A stretch of DNA of 63,771 nt, the filler included, from Craspedostauros australis (Eukaryota), in NCBI GenBank assembly GCA_030167865.1. It is 5 parts of 5 records of this genome, joined end to end, with 100 filler letters (N's around TTAATTAATTAA, not from the genome) between each part and the next. Parts side by side here need not be neighbours in the genome. Positions count along the whole stretch, not along the records: positions 31,512 to 43,073 come from JALAGF010003849.1; positions 43,174 to 47,943 come from JALAGF010003852.1; 3 more parts are not named here. One strand, 5' to 3'. Position 1 is the first letter of the stretch; the number at the start of each line of letters is the position of its first letter. The notes beneath the pieces are model-generated. The model saw nothing but the letters and a program-made list of their open reading frames with translations, ran no database searches and had not been told where the DNA came from. The position numbers and the translations under genes were made by a program. This document shows, in pieces, positions 34,601 to 43,188 of the stretch.

Positions 34601-37391
34601 AGGATTCAAATGGGAAGAGGACGGGACATGGAGGTACACGAGCGACGCCGAGACGCCAGCACAGCTAATGATGCGAGGGACAACCGGACTGCCACAACCC
34701 ATGCCAAGAAGCGGAGTCGGACAGGCGTTCGAGACACTCGGAGTCAGACTGGCGCCGGACGGAAACGGGTCAGCCATCGAAGAAGCTCTGAAGAGTAAGG
34801 CTGCAAAATGGGTCGATCAAGTGAGAACGTGGCGCATGCGCAAGGAAGATGCGGAGACAGCGATACGGACCGTACTTATGAAGAAGTTGGAGTACGTACT
34901 ACCGGTGGCACAACTGTCGCGAGACCAATGCCACAAGGTGATGAGGCCAGTATGGAAGACTATGATGTCGAAGATCGGATTCAACAAAGGGTTTCCGCGA
35001 GAAATGGCCTACGCGTCGCATGAATGGCTGGGGGCAAACCTGCACGAGTTGCACACAACCCAAATAGTGGAGCACGTCAGAATGGTCATGGAGCATGGAC
35101 AACGAGCGACCATGACCGGCAAGCTTCTTCGGGGGTGCATACAAGCAATGAAACTGGAAGTCGGAACAGGGCCGTCGATGTTCGAAATCGACTTTAGTCA
35201 ATGGGGCTTCCTGGCAACCGACAGCTGGGTCAAGACGGTGTGGAAAGAGGTGCACGAATGCAATATCCGAGTGCGAGAGAAAACGAGCACAGCAGGACTG
35301 CTGCACGATAATGACGAATGGCTCATGAAGGCATTTGCCCGCATCGGATACAGCAAAGCGCAGCAAGTCAGGCTCAATCGGTGCCGCATTGTCATGAAAG
35401 CGGTCAGCGTGGCGGATGTGATCGACACACGGAGACAGCGGGTTGTTGGCAGCCAATGGCGGAGCACATCGGGTCAGTGGAGTGGACGATGTGGAGTCCT
35501 GTGGCCGCGACAAGGGCATCTACCGAGACAGGACTGGACGCTGTGGAAGCAAGCTACCAGAAAAGTGGCGGCGGTTTCGGTACCGGCAGAGGAGTGGTGG
35601 CAAGATCAAGCCAGCGCAATCCGCAGCGAGGATGGAAGCGAAATGTGGATGAGGGAGGGCCAGACGGTGTGGAGACGATGGAAAGCGAGGCCAGGAGCAG
35701 TGCCGGGCATGGAGAGATACGAACGCACAAGAGAAACAACACAGGACCCACCGGACGATTGGTTGGCAGTGTACGTGAGGGCGAGACGAGGAACACTTTG
35801 CGTAGCAGGAGTCAGGAGTCGAGCACGACGGCGACGAGCAACAGGCAGTCCTAAACTCCGGCCGGCAGAGAAGTCGTGGGCAGAAGCAGCGGCGCAAGGG
35901 GCAGCGGTGGTGAGCACGGATGGGTCGTTCAAGAACGGGCGAAGTACGGCGGCGTATGCGCTCAATGTGCGGGGCCAAAGGAAAAGCTCAGTGTCAGCGG
36001 CGATGGCGGTGCAAGGGCGGCAGGAGGTCCAAAGTGCGTACCGTGCCGAGCTCGGTGGGATTATGCACGCGTTGCGACGAGTGGAAGAGGTGTTACGGAA
36101 ATGTCCAGAGCAGCAGGACTGGTCAGGGGTCACCATTGTCGTGGCATGCGACAACAAGATGGCAGGCATTCACGCGGTGCAGTACACACAAGATGTGGGA
36201 ACGTCGGTTCGCCACTTCGATATCTTACGAGAGATACGGAGCATACAACGGCGGCTCCCCGTGCGACTACAGTACCAGCATGTGTACGGGCATCAGCTCG
36301 AGAGAGAACGAGGAGTGAAGAAGGATGAGTTCACCTATTGGAATGATGACGTGGACAAGCATGCAGGCGAAGCGCACTCGGAGGATACGGAGTTCCGAGA
36401 TGTGGAATGGGATCCAGCAGAGTGGTCGGTGTGGCTAGGAGCGAGGAAGGTGTGCACCGATATCTCCGAGGAGGTGCGTGACTACGTCCAAGGCCAAAGG
36501 ACGGTGAGCTGGCAACGGAAAACAGGCCGGATCCAGGAAGGCCAGCCAGCGAAGGTTGCTATGCGCGGCATCACCCCGTCACGACGGAAGTGGGTGGCTA
36601 AGCATGCGTGCAGTTTCGGACCGGTGGGTCGGAACATGCGCAAGTGGAAATTTTGGACCGGCGACTTATGTCCAGTATGCAACAGCGAGGAAGAAACAAC
36701 AGACCATGTGATGCAATGCCAACACCCCGCTGCCGCGACAGTACGGGATGCGGCGCTCAAGGAATGGGAGACGACGATGATGGCGGCCAGAGGGGATCCA
36801 TTTATGGTTCGCGAGATGGTACGACAAGTGCGAGCGTGGTGTAATGGGCGCGAGGTTGCAATCGAAGGGGGGGTGCTACTGACAAAGGCCGTGCAGGAGC
36901 AAGCCCGCCTTGGATGGGGCATGATGGTGCGAGGACGGTGGTCCAAGCTATGGCGCAATGTGCAAGGACGCACAATGGAAGTTCATGAGCACCCAGGCAC
37001 GCCAACCAATTGGGTGGCAAGAGCAATGATGGGCCTGTGGGAAGTGCGGTGGGCAGCGTGGACAGCACGCAATAAGGTGCTGCATGAGAGCGAGGAAGTG
37101 AAAGCCGTGACGGTTGCCGCTAGAAATACGGCAGCGGCCGTTCGGAATGAGTGGCAGAAAGGGACGGCGGGACTGCAGGGCGATGATGTGCGGTTGATGT
37201 CGGCCACCACGGAGGAGGCCGTGCGACAACAGTCAGTGAGCAATCAAATGCTATGGGTTCGCCATGTGCAGGCGGCCAGGCAAGCAGGGTTGCGACGGCG
37301 TACACATCAGCAAGCAGGACGGCGTCGGAAACGAGGAGCAAGCGCGGCAAGGACAAGGCAGAGAAGGCGTGTCCGTCCGCGGCGCTCCTAA
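31611..37391 (+). CDS. Intact LINE ORF2 (APE-RT-RNaseH-CCHC); first ATG at 31839
   Basis: APE: RIGLQNFGGL, GITEVN, QWGGV, MDCNE, PIDGIF, ADHR. RT: AGPSG, EQYGSR, NDLKSCYDRI, QGNG, YAFVDD, TLG. RNase H: TDGS, RAELGG, ACDN, HVYGH. Knuckle: CPVCNSEEETTDHVMQC. Confidence 0.93.
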   Translation: MTTWTRCTTKEATGTRKRTRKRVRPNGQGQQLVEAQRQTQSPEQAPTIEAVIPQRTRRGEDEREQGRRRTNRVRRTMLRKQKGQLRIGLQNFGGLGRRPGDVDEGLKQWMNEGEFDVFGITEVNVDWRTTTTEHSLKGRIKEWWPTGTSVARTANNQTNEPTYSKQWGGVAMISRFQAAIRIMEQGEDATRLGRWVWQRYRGANQQTLRVATAYRPCRPRSKGFLNTHAQQRRYFNERNMEKEPRAAMMEDLQTEVQKWKQSGDHIIVIMDCNEDTDSTTMRQFQSATGLVNVMEKAGGDVRRTPTHRLGKVPIDGIFASIAVTVEGAGVSDWDEGIQMKQADHRCLWVDISMEAVLGQSMPSLRKAVSRRVKTEDPRIVQKFNEKYEAYLKQHKARKRAFQLEKQASEMWTAAMEAEAEALDQVRVQGIWQADKACRRLRMGGIPYSREYKMIEAAIGLWNNIARKRRGMKVSSTTIVRLAKRAHEDRRVKELMRTDDEGVQREQERAYGNLKQFRARATKARENWLDGLAAARGEKERQDRSTQSKKMAIGRGEATAQQLYQLRRKERVRATYQRIRMATGEQATAGISMVVAPDGNGNWVERTGKEDIEKGCMEENKRRFRQTEETPFMHGELAREFGYLGVTEAAEKTLLGQYDPKPWIDEGARKLLQGLSSVARKQIPAGMTTEEFRDGWRKAKEDTSAGPSGLHFGHFKAIAAHQKNSEFEASMTSIAIKSGYSYRRWRKGTDVELMKKANSFRVDKLRTIVLFEADFNFANKAIGRKAAKQAEQQTGFAEEQYGSRKRHRAIDHALNKQLTMDWARQTRTPTVVCTNDLKSCYDRIVHSVASIGLQRQGIAQSEVVCMFSTLQQLEHYIRTAYGESNDTYGGSKWVVPMQGIYQGNGAGPVIWAVISSPILEIMKTEGHTARIETAVEREEIQMVGYAFVDDTDLVVNARKGEGIQEVIQRMQQSVKSWESLARATGGALVVEKCMWWAIGFKWEEDGTWRYTSDAETPAQLMMRGTTGLPQPMPRSGVGQAFETLGVRLAPDGNGSAIEEALKSKAAKWVDQVRTWRMRKEDAETAIRTVLMKKLEYVLPVAQLSRDQCHKVMRPVWKTMMSKIGFNKGFPREMAYASHEWLGANLHELHTTQIVEHVRMVMEHGQRATMTGKLLRGCIQAMKLEVGTGPSMFEIDFSQWGFLATDSWVKTVWKEVHECNIRVREKTSTAGLLHDNDEWLMKAFARIGYSKAQQVRLNRCRIVMKAVSVADVIDTRRQRVVGSQWRSTSGQWSGRCGVLWPRQGHLPRQDWTLWKQATRKVAAVSVPAEEWWQDQASAIRSEDGSEMWMREGQTVWRRWKARPGAVPGMERYERTRETTQDPPDDWLAVYVRARRGTLCVAGVRSRARRRRATGSPKLRPAEKSWAEAAAQGAAVVSTDGSFKNGRSTAAYALNVRGQRKSSVSAAMAVQGRQEVQSAYRAELGGIMHALRRVEEVLRKCPEQQDWSGVTIVVACDNKMAGIHAVQYTQDVGTSVRHFDILREIRSIQRRLPVRLQYQHVYGHQLERERGVKKDEFTYWNDDVDKHAGEAHSEDTEFRDVEWDPAEWSVWLGARKVCTDISEEVRDYVQGQRTVSWQRKTGRIQEGQPAKVAMRGITPSRRKWVAKHACSFGPVGRNMRKWKFWTGDLCPVCNSEEETTDHVMQCQHPAAATVRDAALKEWETTMMAARGDPFMVREMVRQVRAWCNGREVAIEGGVLLTKAVQEQARLGWGMMVRGRWSKLWRNVQGRTMEVHEHPGTPTNWVARAMMGLWEVRWAAWTARNKVLHESEEVKAVTVAARNTAAAVRNEWQKGTAGLQGDDVRLMSATTEEAVRQQSVSNQMLWVRHVQAARQAGLRRRTHQQAGRRRKRGASAARTRQRRRVRPRRS

Positions 37392-37997
37392 GTTCCACAA
37401 CAACAGAAAAAGAGAGTGAAGTGCAATTCGACGGCGATCGGATGCCCAGTGCGGTATGTTTTATGGCCTGTGGGAAGTGGCGCACCCGCAGTAGACCCAG
37501 GAGTGAGAGATCTAGGTGAGTCGTTCGAGCGCAGTCGGCCCGTGTGGGCTCGCTGTATGCCGGCGACGTTAAAGCTTTCGAGGCGACCCTCGTATGAGGG
37601 GATAATCAGTGCGTTATTATTATTATTGTAGTAGAGTACGTGCCTCCATGAACTACCATAGTTTACATTATGCTAGGACACACCCTCACAACAGAAATGG
37701 CCGCATGGCTATTTCGTAGGACTGGCATTCCAAGCTGCACTCACCCGAGCATGCAGCAAATGCTGTCCCCTCGTGCTGTTGGCTTCTGATGATCCGTTGC
37801 ATTCAACTAACGACCATTTTTGCGGCACCGTCCACTTCGTTTTGCCTGTTTCAACGCCGATTGCCAACCATGTCAAGTTTGCCCCATTCTCTGAACGATG
37901 CGCCACGTGTGCTTTCATGCTCAAAGCTGCGACAACTGCCTGACAGCAGAATCCATCACATCCGAATACCAGCCCCCCAACAAAATCTCATGTTGCT

Positions 37998-38390
37998 TCA
38001 CATTTCCGTTCTTCCGCTCCCGCCGCCCACATGATTCTGCTTGGCAAACATCCAATCATCAACCTCCAATCCCTTCGCCAATCCGCGCAGATGATCCAAC
38101 GTCTCCGCCAGCAACGCGCGATGATTGCCTTCCGAACATCGTTGGTGATCTTGATCGTCGAAGATTTGACCCATCCTCATCTGCGAATTGACAGTGGGCA
38201 TGAATCCGTTATTCTGGGCCGAAGAGGACATGCGATGATGATGGTGATGGAAGGATGCAGGCGTTGCCATCGGGCTCGCCATGCCCCCGTGGTTGGGTGT
38301 GGCATGATTATTGCTTCGGTTGCCAACGTTTGCATTGGTGTTGTTGTTGTTGATGGGGGTGGTGGTGGCACTTCTCGAGTAGAAATCCAT
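37998..38390 (-). CDS. Small protein with APC16/Apc9-like C-terminal motif
   Basis: HRALLAETLDHLRGLAKGLEVDDWMF resembles the recalled ANAPC16 C-terminus (...LAGLVEELEADEWRF). Confidence 0.45.
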   Translation of the reverse strand: MDFYSRSATTTPINNNNTNANVGNRSNNHATPNHGGMASPMATPASFHHHHHRMSSSAQNNGFMPTVNSQMRMGQIFDDQDHQRCSEGNHRALLAETLDHLRGLAKGLEVDDWMFAKQNHVGGGSGRTEM

Positions 38391-39050
38391 GGTGTCTCGA
38401 TCCTTGCTTGCCTTTTCAGGACTTTATTCGTCTCGCAATGTGCCACGAGCAGTACGGTCAGGGCTTGATGTGACGTTGTTCGACTGGAATGGCACCTGTC
38501 TCGACGTGACGAAGGATCGGAGGTTTGTCTTGCTTGTTTGTCCGAAAGGTTGGTGCTTGGGAACGCGTATGTGTCCAGAAGATGCACAGTTCTTCCCTTG
38601 TTGCATCTGCGTCTGCGTACTCGTACGATTGTGTGCGAGTATGATCTGATCTGCGTGCCAACTTCAATTGTTGTCGATGCCTCTCATGACGTCCCTCTGA
38701 TTTTGTGTTCCAAAGTGTGGCCTGTCATTTTTGTTTTCGTGGTGTTGGGGACAACAAAACGGCAGATTCAAATTGCGTGAGGCGCCTCTTTCGAGCGATC
38801 GTTTGAGTCGTAGACTGAACACGACGTTCCATCGGATTCTCTTTGTTTCCACAAACAACAACTGGACCGCTGCCACCAACACACAAACACTCCAACCAGC
38901 ACCCGAAGCGCAAAGTTGGAACCACAACAAGCACGAGCCACAAGATCTGTCTGTTTGCAACTGTAATAGTAAACCAAGAAAGAGAGGATACGACCCACAC
39001 AAGGCCATCAACGATCAACCCCGAGGAACGGATCACAACGAGAAAGGAAG

Positions 39051-39287
39051 ATGAATACTGAGGAGAGCAAGAAGCAGGAGGACTTGACGTCCGCCACGAA
39101 GACTCCCGTGATCGAAGCCATCGAGGAGGATGACGAATTCGAGGAGTTCGAGACATCGAATTGGGGCACCAACGAAGAAGCCGCAGAGGACAATCAGCAA
39201 TGGCAGGACAACTGGGATCAGGATGACATGGACGACGATTTCACGAAGAATCTGCGTCGGGAGCTGGAACAGCACGGAGGACGTTGA
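39051..39287 (+). CDS. SEM1: 26S proteasome subunit SEM1/DSS1
   Basis: [10 protein letters not shown]...[22 protein letters not shown] signature, 78 aa. Confidence 0.95.
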   Translation: MNTEESKKQEDLTSATKTPVIEAIEEDDEFEEFETSNWGTNEEAAEDNQQWQDNWDQDDMDDDFTKNLRRELEQHGGR

Positions 39288-39816
39288 TTGATCGGAAACG
39301 ATGGTGGAGACGTGGTGTCGATGTGGTGATGATGTGGTGTGGACATAATGGAATGAAGTCATCCACTCGACTTGTACAGGAATGGACATGGATTGCGATA
39401 TCGCTGCCATCAACAAGCATACGGGTATTCACACCCGCACTCGGCATCGTGGTTGTACTCTGTGGAAAGAGAGGCTTCTCCAGCATGACATGCCACACGA
39501 TGATCCCATTCAATCATCTCAAGCATGGAACCAGCAAGAGATCATGAGGAAAGCACGGAGGAGTCACTTCCAGTTGGATAGCCTACAAATGAACAACGCA
39601 ATCTCAGCACAGCAACAGTGCTCAGGCGTTCGTTTCGCAACAGATCAGATAGCTCTACCAGTAGTAGAGAGTATTCATTTCCCTATCATACCTATCGTAC
39701 CTATTGCGACAGGTTTACCCCAATTTTACTCCTCAAGTTCATTCTTCTTCTTCTCCCCCCTCCCTCGTTGAGTGTCCGCGAGCTTGGTCTCGTTCACGGC
39801 AAATTCTCCCACTGTT

Positions 39817-42186
39817 TCATCGGAAGCACAGCAGGTTGATCGGTCTCTTCTTGTTGCAGCCGGGCGAACCGATCCAAATCTCATTCCATCGCGTTGGGAA
39901 TAGAACGAGAAGGTACGGAGGCTTGTGGCTGTTGAATTTCTTGCGTCTGATAATCACAACCTCCACCTCGCCGCAAGATAATTGCAGCTTCCGTCTATTC
40001 TTCACCGTGGCGAGTAGATCCAGGAATTCGGGATCAATTCTGGCGACTGGGCGATCCGGTTCAAAGAATATCACGCGATTGAGGATGTAGTTGGCGGTGA
40101 ACCGGTTGTCTCGCGCATTTTCGTTGAACGGTGCCACCATGAAATTGTGTCCGAACAGAATGGTGGCAATGCATTCCTGCAGCCTGTACTGAGGCGGGAC
40201 ACGGCGCTCACCAAACAGAGGCGGGGCCTTGCTTTTCGACGTCCGGAACCACCACGTGTCTCGTCGCTGAGAGCCTTTGGGGAAGGGGAGGTTGCATGGG
40301 TCCAAGTTCACCAAGCTTTCACCACCGCGTGAGCTGTACGCGGCAGATAGCTCCTTGGCGAGTGTGGCCCACAGGTTGTTGTCATGAGCTGTCAGAGTGA
40401 CTGGATCTGACACCAAGGGTTCTGCATCGTCGAGAGTCATGACGAACTCGCGATGGAATCTCTCTGGAATGCGACTGTGACCGTGACTCTGGGCGTGGCT
40501 GTGGCTCTGCGTGTGGCTGTGACTTGACTTCGTTCTTCCGCTACTCAATGGACGATCGATACGATCACCTGGGGTCAGGCATTGCGCGTCACGCTTGAAA
40601 GCTGAGGACTCGGGCGTTTGGGGCGACACTTCTTTGTGGCTGTTGGCCTGCATGTATGCGCCTGGCACTGGCGGCGACCTGGGCTGCTGCTGATGTTGGT
40701 GCTGGAGCTCCCGTGACCGGTGTTCGTGCTGATGTTGGTGACGCTGCGGATGATGTCCAGTCTGATCCATACTTGTACGTCGAGGGATGGGAGCAAATGA
40801 TACCGAAGGCTTGTCTTTTCGTTGGTTGCCTTGCGCGTGGCGCCCAGTGCCGTCAGTTGGTGCACGTGCGAATACTTGCCGTTGAAGTTGACCTTTCTCC
40901 AGCAACGCCACAGACTCGTCATCAGACCAAGGCTCCGGTGGCGGAGGGCTGTTCTGTGTGGATAGGTTGTCATCCACGAAGGTTGTTGGAGGTACCGCCA
41001 ATCGATCGTTCATCCCCTGCTGAAGCTGAAGCAAGTGCTTCAGTCTCTTGGGTTCTGAGGATCTTGGACTTGCCACCTTTTGCCCATCCATCCGCAATGG
41101 CTTCGCTTCCTTGGTGCCAACAGCCATAAGTTGGTTAGGCATGGCCGAGTCCTGATGTTTCATGCTCTCGTTTGTGCCTGTGCCTGTGCTTGTGCTCTTG
41201 TTCTTGTTTACGTCTTGCATGTGGGAGGACGGATGTACGTTCACACGGGATGGATGAGGCGCCCCTGCTGGAAGAATGGACAGGGGATCGTTATCGGATC
41301 GTCGCCGCTTGAAAGAAGGTTCGTCCAGCTTCGACTCTTCTCCCATCAGCAGCTTGCGACACCCTGTGATGGGCTCCATTTTGACCGATGTCAGCATGCT
41401 CGTGGCTTTCACTTGGATGTCAGCACTCACCATTGTCTGTGGAATCGGCGGTCCTGTCATTGACTCCACGTTGCCAGTTGGACCGTGAGGAAGCCTGACA
41501 CTGCTGGGCATCGCCCGACCGAGAGGTGGGATCGAAGATGAAAGAACTGCAACAGGAGCAGGCTCCATCGGATCCGCATCGATGGCAATGACGGGCTCGG
41601 GACGTGGGAGATTTTTCCCGGCGGATAGCACAGGCTCGGGACGCACCGTGCTCTCGGCAACCTCCGCCTCCGCCCCCACTCCTCTGGCACCATTGCTTGC
41701 TGCTCCAGCAGCAGGAGCATTCGTTCCATCCGCACCCACGGGGCGCTGCAAAGCCGCGCTCGGAACGACTCCCATGGGCATCGGGATTGGGGCCAACATT
41801 TGCGCTGGCATGGGCGCTGAGACGGGCGTCGGAATCGATACTGACATGGGCACCAGATCGTCCCTGTAGATGTACGGATCGCCACCGGAGTAGATGTCAT
41901 CATCGAAGTTGGTCCATTGGAAGTCGGGCGGCAACGTGGACGCTTGGTACCATTCGCGGAAGGTTCGCAGATCGAACTTGTCTGGGCGCTTGAGCTCGTA
42001 GATCTCCAATGCATCGTCGGACATTTGCTCGTCGTACGACAGGTACTTCTTGAGCCGGTTCCACAGAGACTTCTCCGTCTTGCAGCGGGTGAAGAAGTTG
42101 AGGAAGCGCTCGGAACCATCATTCGACAAACAGACCACATCGAAGATGGGCTGCATCTTTGCGGCCACATTGATTGATGTCTCCAT
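39817..42186 (-). CDS. Hypothetical 789-aa protein with globular-looking ends and a low-complexity middle
   Basis: Long uninterrupted ORF; no motif recognised. Confidence 0.65.
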   Translation of the reverse strand: METSINVAAKMQPIFDVVCLSNDGSERFLNFFTRCKTEKSLWNRLKKYLSYDEQMSDDALEIYELKRPDKFDLRTFREWYQASTLPPDFQWTNFDDDIYSGGDPYIYRDDLVPMSVSIPTPVSAPMPAQMLAPIPMPMGVVPSAALQRPVGADGTNAPAAGAASNGARGVGAEAEVAESTVRPEPVLSAGKNLPRPEPVIAIDADPMEPAPVAVLSSSIPPLGRAMPSSVRLPHGPTGNVESMTGPPIPQTMVSADIQVKATSMLTSVKMEPITGCRKLLMGEESKLDEPSFKRRRSDNDPLSILPAGAPHPSRVNVHPSSHMQDVNKNKSTSTGTGTNESMKHQDSAMPNQLMAVGTKEAKPLRMDGQKVASPRSSEPKRLKHLLQLQQGMNDRLAVPPTTFVDDNLSTQNSPPPPEPWSDDESVALLEKGQLQRQVFARAPTDGTGRHAQGNQRKDKPSVSFAPIPRRTSMDQTGHHPQRHQHQHEHRSRELQHQHQQQPRSPPVPGAYMQANSHKEVSPQTPESSAFKRDAQCLTPGDRIDRPLSSGRTKSSHSHTQSHSHAQSHGHSRIPERFHREFVMTLDDAEPLVSDPVTLTAHDNNLWATLAKELSAAYSSRGGESLVNLDPCNLPFPKGSQRRDTWWFRTSKSKAPPLFGERRVPPQYRLQECIATILFGHNFMVAPFNENARDNRFTANYILNRVIFFEPDRPVARIDPEFLDLLATVKNRRKLQLSCGEVEVVIIRRKKFNSHKPPYLLVLFPTRWNEIWIGSPGCNKKRPINLLCFR

Positions 42187-42285
42187 GATCGTTGTCTCTC
42201 GCAGCTTCTTCTTCTTCTTCTTCTTCTAATGCGACTGCTACCGTTACTGATCTTGCGTTCTTGTTGTTGTTGATGATGATCTGTG

Positions 42286-42734
42286 TGTTGAGGTGATCAA
42301 TGGCTGCACTTCAAGGCGTGGAGGTGCTTGCGAGAGGATCGCTTTTTCTTGGTGTGCGTGTTTTGTGTCTTGCTGAGTGGAAATGCAGCTCAGCATGAAC
42401 GAGTCTTCTGTGCACGCGCTCAGACCAGTGCTCTGTACATGCACGTGGTGAGAGAGCGAAATGAATGGAATTTCGCCGAAATGCGCCGGTGTGCCTGCGT
42501 TTGCTGCATTCGGCCTCGTTGTCTCAGTCTGTCCTGTGTCGGGGTAGTCTTGTTCCGGAATCGCTCGTTGTGGGCAAGAGAGAGAGAGAGCGATACTGTG
42601 ATGATCGGGAGACGATACGAGTAGTGTGTGTGTGTGTGATGTGAAGTTATTATGACTCGTCTCTGTTGTCTCTGCTGAGGCTGTGAACAGGGGTTCATTT
42701 GCTGCTCCGTCTGGCCTTCGACCGTATACCAACA
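42286..42734 (-). mobile_element. 3' LTR of a Ty1/copia element (TGTTG...CAACA, about 449 bp; distal end tentative)
   Basis: Begins with TGTTGG directly after a G8 polypurine tract (42735-42742). A matching CAACA lies at 42290-42286. Confidence 0.7.
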
Positions 42735-42764
42735 CCCCCCCCACGCTGACGCAGTCAGCGGAAG

Positions 42765-43073
42765 TTACAAATCCGGACTCCTGTAGTCGTTTACATATGA
42801 GGGCACGTTGCGACCCATAACTAGGTCGACGTGCCGGAAGAACAGGACCACGGGTGTCTGTTTCGTGCAGATATCAGATGCGTTCATCTCTGAGGAGACC
42901 TCGGGATAGGCGACAAGGTCTGTCTCGACCCAATCGAGGACCGCGAATTCTCGGATGGCTATGTGTCGTGAGTTCCGAGTGGGCTGACTGGCACTGGCCA
43001 TCAGCCTGGCACCGCGATTATCCTCGAAGATGGGGGTTGCGAACAGTTGTGCCACGCCAACTTCATGGAGAAT
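42765..43073 (-). CDS. Ty1/copia (CoDi-like) Pol RNase H C-terminal fragment, truncated by the contig end
   Basis: TPIFEDNRGA...RNSRHIAIREFAVLDWV...NASDICTK is the copia RNase HI pattern. Confidence 0.9.
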   Translation of the reverse strand: MLHEVGVAQLFATPIFEDNRGARLMASASQPTRNSRHIAIREFAVLDWVETDLVAYPEVSSEMNASDICTKQTPVVLFFRHVDLVMGRNVPSYVNDYRSPDL

Positions 43074-43173
43074 NNNNNNNNNNNNNNNNNNNNNNNNNNN
43101 NNNNNNNNNNNNNNNNNTTAATTAATTAANNNNNNNNNNNNNNNNNNNNNNNNNNNNNNNNNNNNNNNNNNNN
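43074..43173. other. Artificial contig linker
   Basis: N44-TTAATTAATTAA-N44. Confidence 0.97.
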
Positions 43174-43188
43174 CACGATGGCGACGAA

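Larger units (their letters stand above)
31512..37627 (+). mobile_element. Second Ambal-like non-LTR retrotransposon; 5' part cut off by the contig end; ends in (TTA)n
   Basis: End of ORF1, intact ORF2, 3'UTR of about 220 nt, and a TTATTATTATTATT tail at 37614-37627. Confidence 0.92.
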
